Both the position numbers and the translations under genes were made by a program. Positions 28,334 through 36,178 of a stretch of 36,178 nt of DNA are shown here, piece by piece. The first letter of the stretch is position 1; each line of letters begins with the position of its first letter. Origin of the DNA: a virus (lineage: Duplodnaviria > Caudoviricetes); the IMG/VR virus record IMGVR_UViG_3300030372_003848, positions 1 through 36,178 of that record; one strand, written 5' to 3'. The notes below the pieces were generated by a model. It saw only the letters and a list, made by a program, of their open reading frames with translations. It was not told the DNA's origin and did not search any database.

Positions 28334-28498
28334 ATGAAAAAACCACAATACAAAGCACTATGGGTTGATCCAGAGCTACACGCTCAAATCCTTTGTCTAG
28401 CGGACTTTCAGAGGCGCAGCATTAAAAATGTAGTGGAAAGCATACTCAAAATAGCAATCAGAGAAGAAGCCGAGAAAATTGAAAACGGTGAAAAATAA
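28334..28498 (+). CDS. Ribbon-helix-helix-like regulator (54 aa, absent from the ORF track)
   Basis: MKKPQYKALWVDPELHAQILCLADFQRRSIKNVVESILKIAI..; first rightward gene; no clear RBS. Confidence 0.6.
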   Translation: MKKPQYKALWVDPELHAQILCLADFQRRSIKNVVESILKIAIREEAEKIENGEK

Positions 28499-28522
28499 TA
28501 GCAAAAGATAGGAGATTTGCGC

Positions 28523-28957
28523 ATGTCAAAGAAGAGTAGAACGAAGGGCCATAACTTTGAAAGAGAAGTTGCGCTCATTCTAAACGAGGCTTTTTACATG
28601 GCAGATTTACCCATCAAAGTACAACGTGATTTAGCACAATATCAGGAAAGAGACCGAGGCGATCTCGTTGGTCTCGAGGACTATGGTTTTGTCATTGAGT
28701 GCAAACGATATGCCAAAGGCAATAAACCCCTCACCGCTTGGTGGGATCAGGTCACGAAAGCTGCCGATTATCAAAATGCCATCCCCCTACTCATCTACCG
28801 ATTTGATCGACAACAATCAGAAGTGCAATTCCCATTGATGATGTTCATCACAGAAAGAGAGCATCAACCTGAGTTCAACGAATATTTTGTACGCATGGAT
28901 TTCGATAAATTCTTGCACCCATTCATCTCTTATTTAAAGGCGAAACATGAGCAGTGA
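28523..28957 (+). CDS. Hjc-like Holliday junction resolvase (PD-(D/E)XK)
   Basis: SRTKGHNFEREVA..GDL..IECKR; AGGAG RBS. Confidence 0.75.
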   Translation: MSKKSRTKGHNFEREVALILNEAFYMADLPIKVQRDLAQYQERDRGDLVGLEDYGFVIECKRYAKGNKPLTAWWDQVTKAADYQNAIPLLIYRFDRQQSEVQFPLMMFITEREHQPEFNEYFVRMDFDKFLHPFISYLKAKHEQ

Positions 28958-29129
28958 TGACAAAGGCGATTTCGCAGAGTTCTTGGAGTTTATTAAAGAC
29001 TTCTATCAAGGCTATGTTCAGAGCTGTAAGTCGCAAGATAAAGAACCACTGGAATACGAGGTCTATGTGGACACACGATTCTTTTGGCTTGTGGATCGAT
29101 ACAAAGAGTTCAAAGGGTTGGTGCATTGA
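28947..29129 (+). CDS. Hypothetical protein
   Basis: 60 aa, overlaps neighbours. Confidence 0.55.
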   Translation: MSSDDKGDFAEFLEFIKDFYQGYVQSCKSQDKEPLEYEVYVDTRFFWLVDRYKEFKGLVH

Positions 29130-29215
29130 TGAATCCTAAGTTTGAAGATTTTAAACGGGTGGTGGTCGCTCTATTTTTGGGGGCCATCGTAATTTTAATC
29201 ACTAATAATTTATAA
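29129..29215 (+). CDS. 28-aa single-TM peptide
   Basis: TGATG coupling; MNPKFEDFKRVVVALFLGAIVILITNNL; fills the gap to the next RBS. Confidence 0.45.
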   Translation: MNPKFEDFKRVVVALFLGAIVILITNNL

Positions 29216-29225
29216 GGAGAAGAAA

Positions 29226-29807
29226 ATGAGCTTATTAGGACTAAACGATGCAGCAGATGACAAGCTGTTCATCCGATATATGCCATCTACTAATGGATGG
29301 TTTGTCGGCAAAGAAGATGAAGTGGATTTGAAATACTTTATCTTAAACCCAAGTTCTGTGAAAACAGGATGGGGCAAAATCACAAAAGGAGAAGCCCCTG
29401 ATTGGGTGTTTGATGAAGCCCTTGGTAAAAGAGCGATTCGACCAGGTGACACAGAAGAAGAGAAAATGAACTACAAACGTGGTTTCTCTGTGGACATGTT
29501 TATCCAGGAGGAAGGGCTTAGAACATGGTCAACCACAACCACTGGATCAAACATTGGTTTTGAGAACGTCTACACCGAGATACATGCCAAACAAGCAGAG
29601 AACGTGGGCAAGTTTCCCGTGATCGAATATACGGGTTCTGAGGCGATCAAAATAGGCAAAGGCAATACACGAGTGCCTCAGTTTACTTTGGTCAAATGGG
29701 TCGAGTCGGATGAGTTCGAGAAGAATGAACCGAACGGTGCATACGAAGAGCCTAGCTTTGATGAGCCAGTGGCAGAAGATAACCCCCAAGACGATATACC
29801 GTTCTAG
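29226..29807 (+). CDS. Putative ssDNA-binding protein
   Basis: TAAGGAG RBS; acidic tail ending DDIPF (SSB C-terminal motif); replication context. Confidence 0.65.
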   Translation: MSLLGLNDAADDKLFIRYMPSTNGWFVGKEDEVDLKYFILNPSSVKTGWGKITKGEAPDWVFDEALGKRAIRPGDTEEEKMNYKRGFSVDMFIQEEGLRTWSTTTTGSNIGFENVYTEIHAKQAENVGKFPVIEYTGSEAIKIGKGNTRVPQFTLVKWVESDEFEKNEPNGAYEEPSFDEPVAEDNPQDDIPF

Positions 29808-29826
29808 ACAATATCGTCACCCAAAA

Positions 29827-29867
29827 GGCTAGGGTGGGTTTGTTCTCCTATCTTCCCACCCTAGACC
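29827..29867 (+). promoter_or_regulatory. Hairpin with an anti-Shine-Dalgarno loop
   Basis: Perfect stem ctagggtggg/cccaccctag; loop tttgttctcctatctt; no U-tract. Confidence 0.6.
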
Positions 29868-29880
29868 TATAGGAGATAAC

Positions 29881-30495
29881 ATGATTGAAATCAGATACGC
29901 AGATAAAAACGACTTGGTTTTTATTGATTATTTACAAAAAAAGAACGCAGAAGATTTATCTTTTTATCCTAAAGTAGTTTTTGAAAGAGAGGTTGAAAAC
30001 AAAAGATTGCTATTAGCCTTAGTCAACAAACAACACGCTGGATACTTATATCATGGAAGCATTGAGGTTTATAAACCAATAAAAATTCATCAAGCCTGTA
30101 TCGAATATGATCTGAGGGGTAATTGGTATGGGGCTGGTTTGGTTGGAACATTAGAGGACATTGGAAAGTTAATCAACGCACAAGGCATATCATTGCGTTG
30201 CGGTTCTGATATTGCAGCAAATAGTTTTTGGAAATTGATGGGTTTTAAGTGCATTGATATACAACCAGGCGGTATAAGGAGAATGAGAGACATCAATGTT
30301 TGGTTCAAGCAGATAACAGAGGATATGTTTGGGGATGAGATTGACAACAGTTTAGCAATCGAGCCAAGCACCAAGAAAAAAGACTCAAGTTATTGGAGAA
30401 AGCGAGGAGAAAACAAATCACAAAGCAGTATGTTGAGAGGGGATGCGCTGTTGAAATACAGGGAAGAAATACTGAAGGAAGCAGAACATGATTGA
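29881..30495 (+). CDS. GNAT-family acetyltransferase
   Basis: IHQACIEYDLRGNWYGAGLV (acetyl-CoA-binding motif A variant) and ANSFWKLMGF. Confidence 0.75.
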   Translation: MIEIRYADKNDLVFIDYLQKKNAEDLSFYPKVVFEREVENKRLLLALVNKQHAGYLYHGSIEVYKPIKIHQACIEYDLRGNWYGAGLVGTLEDIGKLINAQGISLRCGSDIAANSFWKLMGFKCIDIQPGGIRRMRDINVWFKQITEDMFGDEIDNSLAIEPSTKKKDSSYWRKRGENKSQSSMLRGDALLKYREEILKEAEHD

Positions 30496-32278
30496 AATCA
30501 GTCAATACAGCAAAGAGATCGCTCTGGCCCTACTCGGCGAGGAGAACAAGCGACTCAGCAGTGCTTATGAGCTGAGATACGGCAACAAGGGCAGCTTGTC
30601 GGTCGATCTCAACAAAGGCACTTGGTTCGACCACGAAGCCGATGAAGGCGGTGGCATGATCAGTTTTATAAAGAAATATCACGGCGAGGATGTAAGCCAG
30701 TTTTTAAGGTCGATGGGCATCGAGGATTTGCAACCCGTATCGGTGACAGCACAACCAGAAAAGCCCACAAAGAGTTACAGCAATGACGAGATGCGCAACA
30801 TGGCGAAGAAAGCCGAGTTGGTGTCTCGTTATTCAGACACGTTCTGTGTCATGCGTTTTCCAGGCAAGGTCATACGACCGTTCAGCCGATTGGACGATGG
30901 CACATGGCAAATGAAACGCCCCAAGGGGCAACTTCCATTGCTGATCTCAAGCGAGGGCGATGAGAGTTTGCCCTGTTTGATCGTTGAGGGAGAGCAAGCA
31001 GCACTTGGTGCTAGAGCATTGTACGAGGGCATTGTGGTCACATGGCACGGTGGCACGGGCAGTTGGAACAATCAAGATTGGTCACAGCTCAAACGCTTTC
31101 CCAAAGCGATTATATGGCCCGATAACGATGAGGCGGGATTTGAGGTTGCCAAGTCGATCAAAGACGAGCTGAAAACACACGGCATTGACACGGTGATCAT
31201 TGAACCGCCTGAACACTTCCAGCCCAAAGACGACCTCATGGATGCGTTTGAGCGCGAAGAGCCGATCAATGTGATTGAGTTGGCAGATGCGCGTGCGATG
31301 GATAGAGGTAAACGAGTTATTTACAGTCATTATGGAGATTTCAAAGACAAAGAATATCCTCAGATGGTGTGGGTGATCGAGAACCTTATGGCAAGAGGTC
31401 ATTTGTCCATGATTCATGGCAGTCCTGGACACGGAAAGAGTTTAATTACACAGATCATGGCTGTTTGCTTGGCTGCTGGTTATGACTTTGGACACTATCG
31501 CATTGAGAAGCCACAAAAGGTTTTGTTGGTCGATGCAGAGATGCCACCTGTGAGCTTACAAGAGCGATTTGCAGACATGATGATTATTTTTAATGGCGAG
31601 GTTGAAAGAGATGAACTGATTAAACGAGTCAATCAAAACTTGGTCATTGTCAGTCATCACGATCAACCAGAGGGATTGATTCCACTCAATACCGATGATG
31701 GCAGAGAGTGGTATTACAACCTGATCGATGATGTCGATCCAGACTTCATTATTCTCGATAATTTATTAACGCTGATGCAATTTGAGGACTCAAACAGTTC
31801 TGAAGAATGGGTCAGAGAGGTCAATCCCCTACTCCTTAAAATGAGGCAACAAGATCGTTCCGTGTGGTTTGTGCATCACTCAGGTAAATCAGGCAAACAA
31901 CTCGGCAGCATGGCAAAAGAGGTCATATTGGATTGTGTCGTCAGAATTGAGCTGCAAGGCATCGATGAAGAGGACGATGACAGCATGCTTGGATTGGACA
32001 CCAATCTGCAAGAGTCTAAGTTCAAATGGACATTCGAGAAAACCAGACATTTTTACGGCCAACATGCTTTCCCTGTGCTGTGGAAATACAGCAATGGAAT
32101 ATTAACCAAAGACCTCACTGACAAAGAAATGAGGACTCAAATGGTTGCAAAAATGAAGATTGAGGGCTTGAGCAACAAGGAAATTGCCAAAGAGTTTAAA
32201 ATAAACGAGAGAACCGTAAGACGAGACCTCAAATCGGCTGAAAGCCTTGGATTTATTGACAATGAGCCTGAATTTTAG
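30488..32278 (+). CDS. Primase-helicase (Toprim + AAA_25/RepA-like + C-terminal HTH)
   Basis: IVEGE and WPDNDEAG Toprim motifs; GSPGHGKS Walker A; IILDN; VHHSGK; SNKEIAKEFKINERTVRRDL HTH. Confidence 0.88.
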   Translation: MIEISQYSKEIALALLGEENKRLSSAYELRYGNKGSLSVDLNKGTWFDHEADEGGGMISFIKKYHGEDVSQFLRSMGIEDLQPVSVTAQPEKPTKSYSNDEMRNMAKKAELVSRYSDTFCVMRFPGKVIRPFSRLDDGTWQMKRPKGQLPLLISSEGDESLPCLIVEGEQAALGARALYEGIVVTWHGGTGSWNNQDWSQLKRFPKAIIWPDNDEAGFEVAKSIKDELKTHGIDTVIIEPPEHFQPKDDLMDAFEREEPINVIELADARAMDRGKRVIYSHYGDFKDKEYPQMVWVIENLMARGHLSMIHGSPGHGKSLITQIMAVCLAAGYDFGHYRIEKPQKVLLVDAEMPPVSLQERFADMMIIFNGEVERDELIKRVNQNLVIVSHHDQPEGLIPLNTDDGREWYYNLIDDVDPDFIILDNLLTLMQFEDSNSSEEWVREVNPLLLKMRQQDRSVWFVHHSGKSGKQLGSMAKEVILDCVVRIELQGIDEEDDDSMLGLDTNLQESKFKWTFEKTRHFYGQHAFPVLWKYSNGILTKDLTDKEMRTQMVAKMKIEGLSNKEIAKEFKINERTVRRDLKSAESLGFIDNEPEF

Positions 32279-32290
32279 TGCAAAAACAAA

Positions 32291-32511
32291 ATGTCCACTT
32301 TTCGAGCTAAAAAAAAGGGCAAAAGTGGACATGGTTTTCATGAAGTGGACATTGGGTTGGACAAAAGAGTGGACATTGTTGTCCAAAATAATATGAATAA
32401 AATCAATAACATACAAAAAAGTGGACATTTGGTTGGACAACATCTTGGACATGATGTCCAGAAATTGATGACAATGGACAGGCGGACAAGTGTATATAAA
32501 AGACACTTGTC
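32291..32511. repeat. Iteron-like GGACA/TGTCC cluster, putative replication origin
   Basis: About 12 copies in both orientations; 12-bp inverted repeat 32291-32302/32321-32332; AT-rich spacer; immediately after the primase-helicase. Confidence 0.7.
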
Positions 32512-32554
32512 GCCTAGTCATGACCTTTTTGTCCTTTTTTGAGCCTTATTTATT

Positions 32555-33142
32555 ATGAGTAATTTAGAGTACAGAATGAAGAACATCAGAGACGAGTCTT
32601 TTAAAAAGAAAAAGGAAGAAGCCAACGCGGTTTATTCAAAGATGTTAAAACTCAAAGCAGAGGCATCGGCTCGTTATGGGTGGGATCGAATCATGGAGAT
32701 TATATCGCCTGATTTGAGAAAGCGATTCTATCGTCAGCAAATGTTGTTGACCAATTCGTTATTGGAAAACGATCCAGACGAGATCATCAAACAATCCGAG
32801 GGCATGATGCGTGGCATAACTGCCCTGGTTGAATATGTCAGCGAACAGGGATTTCAAGAACTCGATGAAAACATATGGATTACCAAGCATAAAAAATTGG
32901 GTGTGCAAATATTGATTGCATTGGATCAAGATGCTTTGGCGAAATGTGCTGCTATTTGTCAGGCAGAACCACCGAGTCTGTATTTCAGTATCAATGAAAT
33001 ATTTTGCATGATTCCAGAAGAGACATTCGATATTAAAAAAAGATTTAAGGAGAGCTTTGGAGATGTGACGATTCTCAGTCGTAAACCGATTGACATCGAT
33101 AAGGAGTCACAGAACTTTATTGAAGATGAAATACTTTATTAA
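32555..33142 (+). CDS. Hypothetical protein
   Basis: 195 aa ORF in the rightward block. Confidence 0.7.
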   Translation: MSNLEYRMKNIRDESFKKKKEEANAVYSKMLKLKAEASARYGWDRIMEIISPDLRKRFYRQQMLLTNSLLENDPDEIIKQSEGMMRGITALVEYVSEQGFQELDENIWITKHKKLGVQILIALDQDALAKCAAICQAEPPSLYFSINEIFCMIPEETFDIKKRFKESFGDVTILSRKPIDIDKESQNFIEDEILY

Positions 33143-33144
33143 TA

Positions 33145-33549
33145 ATGGCCCATTACAAAAAACAATATGGCATTTCAGGGGAGATGCTAACAGCGACCTA
33201 TTTTCTATTAAAAGGCTTCAATGTGTTTCAACCGTTTGCGACATCATCAAGGGATTTGCTCGTGGAGATTGAAGGCAATTACTACGGCGTACAGGTTAAA
33301 AGTGGAATGAATCCTTGGAAAGACCCAACAAGAAAGAAAAAGCGATACAAGTTTAACCTGAAGCACAGCTCAACTCACGATCCATACGATCAAGACATCG
33401 TTCATATCTTCGCTTGCGTTGATCTCAGAACAAAGTTTATTTTGTTTGAAGAAAACAGAGGCCAGAAAGCCAAGGCTGTGACTATTGATAAGTTCACATT
33501 AGAGAATCAAGAACAATCATTTGACGAGATGCTAAAAAAAATTAAATAA
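33145..33549 (+). CDS. PD-(D/E)XK endonuclease (PDDEXK_5 / I-Ssp6803I-like)
   Basis: G..GE......L.KGFNVF.P.....RDLLVE......VQVKS pattern. Confidence 0.65.
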   Translation: MAHYKKQYGISGEMLTATYFLLKGFNVFQPFATSSRDLLVEIEGNYYGVQVKSGMNPWKDPTRKKKRYKFNLKHSSTHDPYDQDIVHIFACVDLRTKFILFEENRGQKAKAVTIDKFTLENQEQSFDEMLKKIK

Positions 33550-33577
33550 AGAATACAACTACCATAGGGTTATAATT

Positions 33578-33754
33578 ATGGACAATGAAAATGAAAACGA
33601 AAATCAAAAGCAAGAGCTGACATTGGAATCGGTGGCTGCATATTGGACTCATCGTGGCTTTGTTGGCAAACAGCTTGCCATCAAAATTGCAGAGACAATG
33701 AGTCGTGGTGAAATCGTAGACAATGGCAATGATGCTTGCAAGGTATGTGAATGA
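33578..33754 (+). CDS. Hypothetical protein (58 aa, absent from the ORF track)
   Basis: MDNENENENQK...DACKVCE; stop overlaps the terS ATG (ATGA). Confidence 0.55.
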   Translation: MDNENENENQKQELTLESVAAYWTHRGFVGKQLAIKIAETMSRGEIVDNGNDACKVCE

Positions 33755-34167
33755 CTGTAAAAAAGAAAGTTGGAAGAAAGAGGATTGACCTCAATCCTGA
33801 GAAGGTCAGAAGATTGGCAGCACAAGGATTGAGTCAGAAGCAAATTGCTAAAGCAATGGGTGTGTCCTGGAATACTTTGAGTCGTAATCGTAAACGATCA
33901 AAGGATTTCAATGCTGCATACGAACAAGGCGTTGCTGAAGGATTGTCCAGCGTGACTAATTCTTTATATGAGCAAGCGTTGGGTGGCAATACAACTGCTT
34001 CGATATTTTTCCTCAAGAACCGAGATGAAAACAGATGGCGTGACAGAGTAGAAACAACTCACGACCATACATTAAGCCTCACAAATGTAATAGATTCGGC
34101 TAAAAAAAGGCTCATTGATGTCACTCCTGAACCAAAAAAGATCAGCAAATTAGATATTAGTGAATGA
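33751..34167 (+). CDS. terS: Terminase small subunit
   Basis: N-terminal HTH (LSQKQIAKAMGVSWNTL), GNTTASIFFLKNR...WRD; upstream of terL. Confidence 0.8.
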   Translation: MTVKKKVGRKRIDLNPEKVRRLAAQGLSQKQIAKAMGVSWNTLSRNRKRSKDFNAAYEQGVAEGLSSVTNSLYEQALGGNTTASIFFLKNRDENRWRDRVETTHDHTLSLTNVIDSAKKRLIDVTPEPKKISKLDISE

Positions 34168-34550
34168 TTGTGCTTATCGTGCATGAAACCTTCAAAGCAT
34201 TGATTCTATTGAGATACAAGACGATTAAGGGTTGTTGTATGGCTAATTTTGAACCTCTTAAAAGGCGGGGGGAACAAAAGTTGTTGCCGCGCCGAGATCA
34301 AGGCCATCTTTTGTTTTTTCCCAACAAACAGGGAAAATCCACTGTTTTTAGCCAGGCAAATACAGTTCTTATTCAGGTAAAAGCCTTGAAAGCCTTTATC
34401 TATAGGGTTTTCCATGTTCTATACCAGAACATAGTAAGCAATCTCAGCTCAGTTTCGGCGGCTGGATCGCTGCTTAGACCCCCCTTCGATTCCAAGCGGG
34501 GGGCGTTTGTTTTCGTACCCCCGAACTAAAATTTTTTAATTTTTTGTGAG

Positions 34551-36086
34551 ATGAAATACACCCCTAAACAAGAAGAAGAATTGATGACCGATATATGGTC
34601 ACTTACCATAAAGGATTCGCCACTGAACTTTGTGCGTTATGCCTTCCCTTGGGGCATCGAGAACACCCCCCTCGAAGAATTTACTGGCCCTAGAGAGTGG
34701 CAAGAAAAAATTTTACGAGACATTGGCAATCACATACGCAAGAACGAAACAATCGATTTGCCTGAGATGTTTAGACTCGCAGTTGCCTCTGGTCGCGGCA
34801 TTGGCAAGTCGGCTTTGGTCGCCTGGATCATTCTTTGGTTTTTATCCACGCGTCTTGGCGGCACAGTCGTTGTATCTGCCAACACCGAACAACAGCTCAG
34901 ATCGAGAACATGGGCAGAGCTGGGCAAGTGGCTCACTCTATCCATCAACGGTCATTGGTTCGCAAAGACAGCGACCACACTGAGACCGCAAGCATGGTTT
35001 GAAGAATTATTGGTCAGAGACCTAAACATCGATTGCGGCTATTACTATGCAATGGCTTCTTTGTGGTCAGAAGAGAATCCGGACGCATATGCTGGCCTCC
35101 ATAGTACCTTGGGTATCTTACTGATTATGGATGAGGCAAGCGGTATACCCGCACCGATTTATTCCGTGTCTGAAGGCTTTTTCACAGAACCCACAAAGAA
35201 TCGTTTTTGGCTGACGTTTTCAAACCCAAGGCGCAACACGGGGCCATTCTTTGATGCGTTTCACTCAAAACGAGCGTTTTGGAACACGGAACAGATCGAC
35301 TCACGCGATGTCGAAGGCACAGACCAGGCGTTGTTTCATAAAATGATTGAGCAATACGGTGAGGATTCCACCGTTGCCAGAGTCGAGGTCATGGGTGAGT
35401 TTCCAAAAGCCGATGACGACACTGTGATTCCTTTGGAGTTGGCAAGAGCAGCGGTGAGCCGTGATGTGGAATTAACTGCATCTGAGCCGATTGTATGGGG
35501 TTTGGATGTGGCTCGGTTTGGGGGCGATAATTCTGCGCTGTGTGTTCGTCAAGGCAACACGGTATTTGAGATTAAAACATTTCGCTCGATGGATTTAATG
35601 CAACTTTGCGGTGCGGTCAAAAATATTTATGACTCTGCGACCGCAATGAATAAACCGCAAGAGATATTGGTCGATGTCATTGGTCTGGGTTCGGGCGTGG
35701 TGGATCGTCTTTCTGAGTTGGGCATGCCAGTGCGCGGTGTCAATGTTGCGGAATCGCCCGCAAGTCGCAGAAACTATTTGAATCTACGCGCCGAGTTGTG
35801 GTTTGCGATCAAAGATTGGCTTACCAAAAGAGATTGTCGTTTGCCAGAGGATGATGAATTGATTGCAGAACTGACCTCACCGCAATATACTTATACAAGT
35901 GCTGGCAAGATAAAGATTGAAGCAAAAGAGGCAATGCGTAAACGCGGCATCAAGTCTCCCGACAAAGCCGATGCGCTGGCACTGACGATGGCAAGCACCG
36001 CTGCGACCTTTACGGGTGGCACGATTTCCTCGATGGGGTATAATTTCAAGAAACCCCTAAAATCAAAAATTATACGAGTGGGATAA
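34551..36086 (+). CDS. terL: Terminase large subunit
   Basis: ASGRGIGKS Walker A, LLIMDEAS Walker B, FSNP, GLDVARFGGD and SPDKADAL nuclease motifs. Confidence 0.93.
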   Translation: MKYTPKQEEELMTDIWSLTIKDSPLNFVRYAFPWGIENTPLEEFTGPREWQEKILRDIGNHIRKNETIDLPEMFRLAVASGRGIGKSALVAWIILWFLSTRLGGTVVVSANTEQQLRSRTWAELGKWLTLSINGHWFAKTATTLRPQAWFEELLVRDLNIDCGYYYAMASLWSEENPDAYAGLHSTLGILLIMDEASGIPAPIYSVSEGFFTEPTKNRFWLTFSNPRRNTGPFFDAFHSKRAFWNTEQIDSRDVEGTDQALFHKMIEQYGEDSTVARVEVMGEFPKADDDTVIPLELARAAVSRDVELTASEPIVWGLDVARFGGDNSALCVRQGNTVFEIKTFRSMDLMQLCGAVKNIYDSATAMNKPQEILVDVIGLGSGVVDRLSELGMPVRGVNVAESPASRRNYLNLRAELWFAIKDWLTKRDCRLPEDDELIAELTSPQYTYTSAGKIKIEAKEAMRKRGIKSPDKADALALTMASTAATFTGGTISSMGYNFKKPLKSKIIRVG

Positions 36087-36178
36087 GCATACATGGAATA
36101 TACAGATACCAAAGGGTCATACGATATTAGCGATGAAGATACGCTTGATTTACAAGCGGTCGTCAAAAGCGAAATGGA
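36080..36178. repeat. Terminal direct repeat, copy 2
   Basis: Identical to 1-99. Confidence 0.95.

Noticed and set aside
30540-30549. Further AGGAGAACAA match to the hairpin loop
   Set aside because: Lies inside the primase coding frame (EENK) with no downstream start; probably chance.
32291-32542. 83-aa plus and 139-aa minus ORFs over the GGACA repeats; CRISPR-like array
   Set aside because: Translations are by-products of short irregular repeats with no RBS; an origin fits better.
34470-34510. tRNA or attP from the TTCGATTCC T-loop-like sequence
   Set aside because: Flanks do not form a T-stem, and I found no acceptor or anticodon arms.
34164-34529. 121-aa ORF between terS and terL
   Set aside because: No motif, atypical composition and hairpin-rich DNA; not excluded because it has an ATGA overlap with terS.

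Overview
Complete, apparently circular (99-nt terminal overlap, ~36,079 bp unit) genome of a small, probably temperate podovirus-like dsDNA phage. Plus strand 14-21201 carries the portal, a block of membrane/secreted-protein genes, scaffold, major capsid, adaptor, fibres, nozzle and internal virion proteins. A leftward block (28221-21371) encodes an HEXXH protein, tyrosine integrase, degenerate serine recombinase, YqaJ-like exonuclease, LexA-type HTH and lysozyme. A rightward block (28334-36086) encodes an RHH regulator, Hjc-like nuclease, SSB-like protein, GNAT, primase-helicase with an iteron cluster, a PD-(D/E)XK nuclease and both terminase subunits. Main observations: (1) a 248-nt ORF-less group I intron (9648-9895) interrupts the major capsid gene within codon 8, so full-length capsid appears to need splicing; (2) a hairpin at 29829-29864 has a loop complementary to the extended RBS shared by the first four leftward genes, a candidate anti-Shine-Dalgarno RNA switch; (3) an unexplained exported-protein cassette (Thr/Asn-rich, NIDO-like, Pro/Thr-rich) lies between portal and scaffold. 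All family assignments come from motifs recognised by eye; no searches were run.
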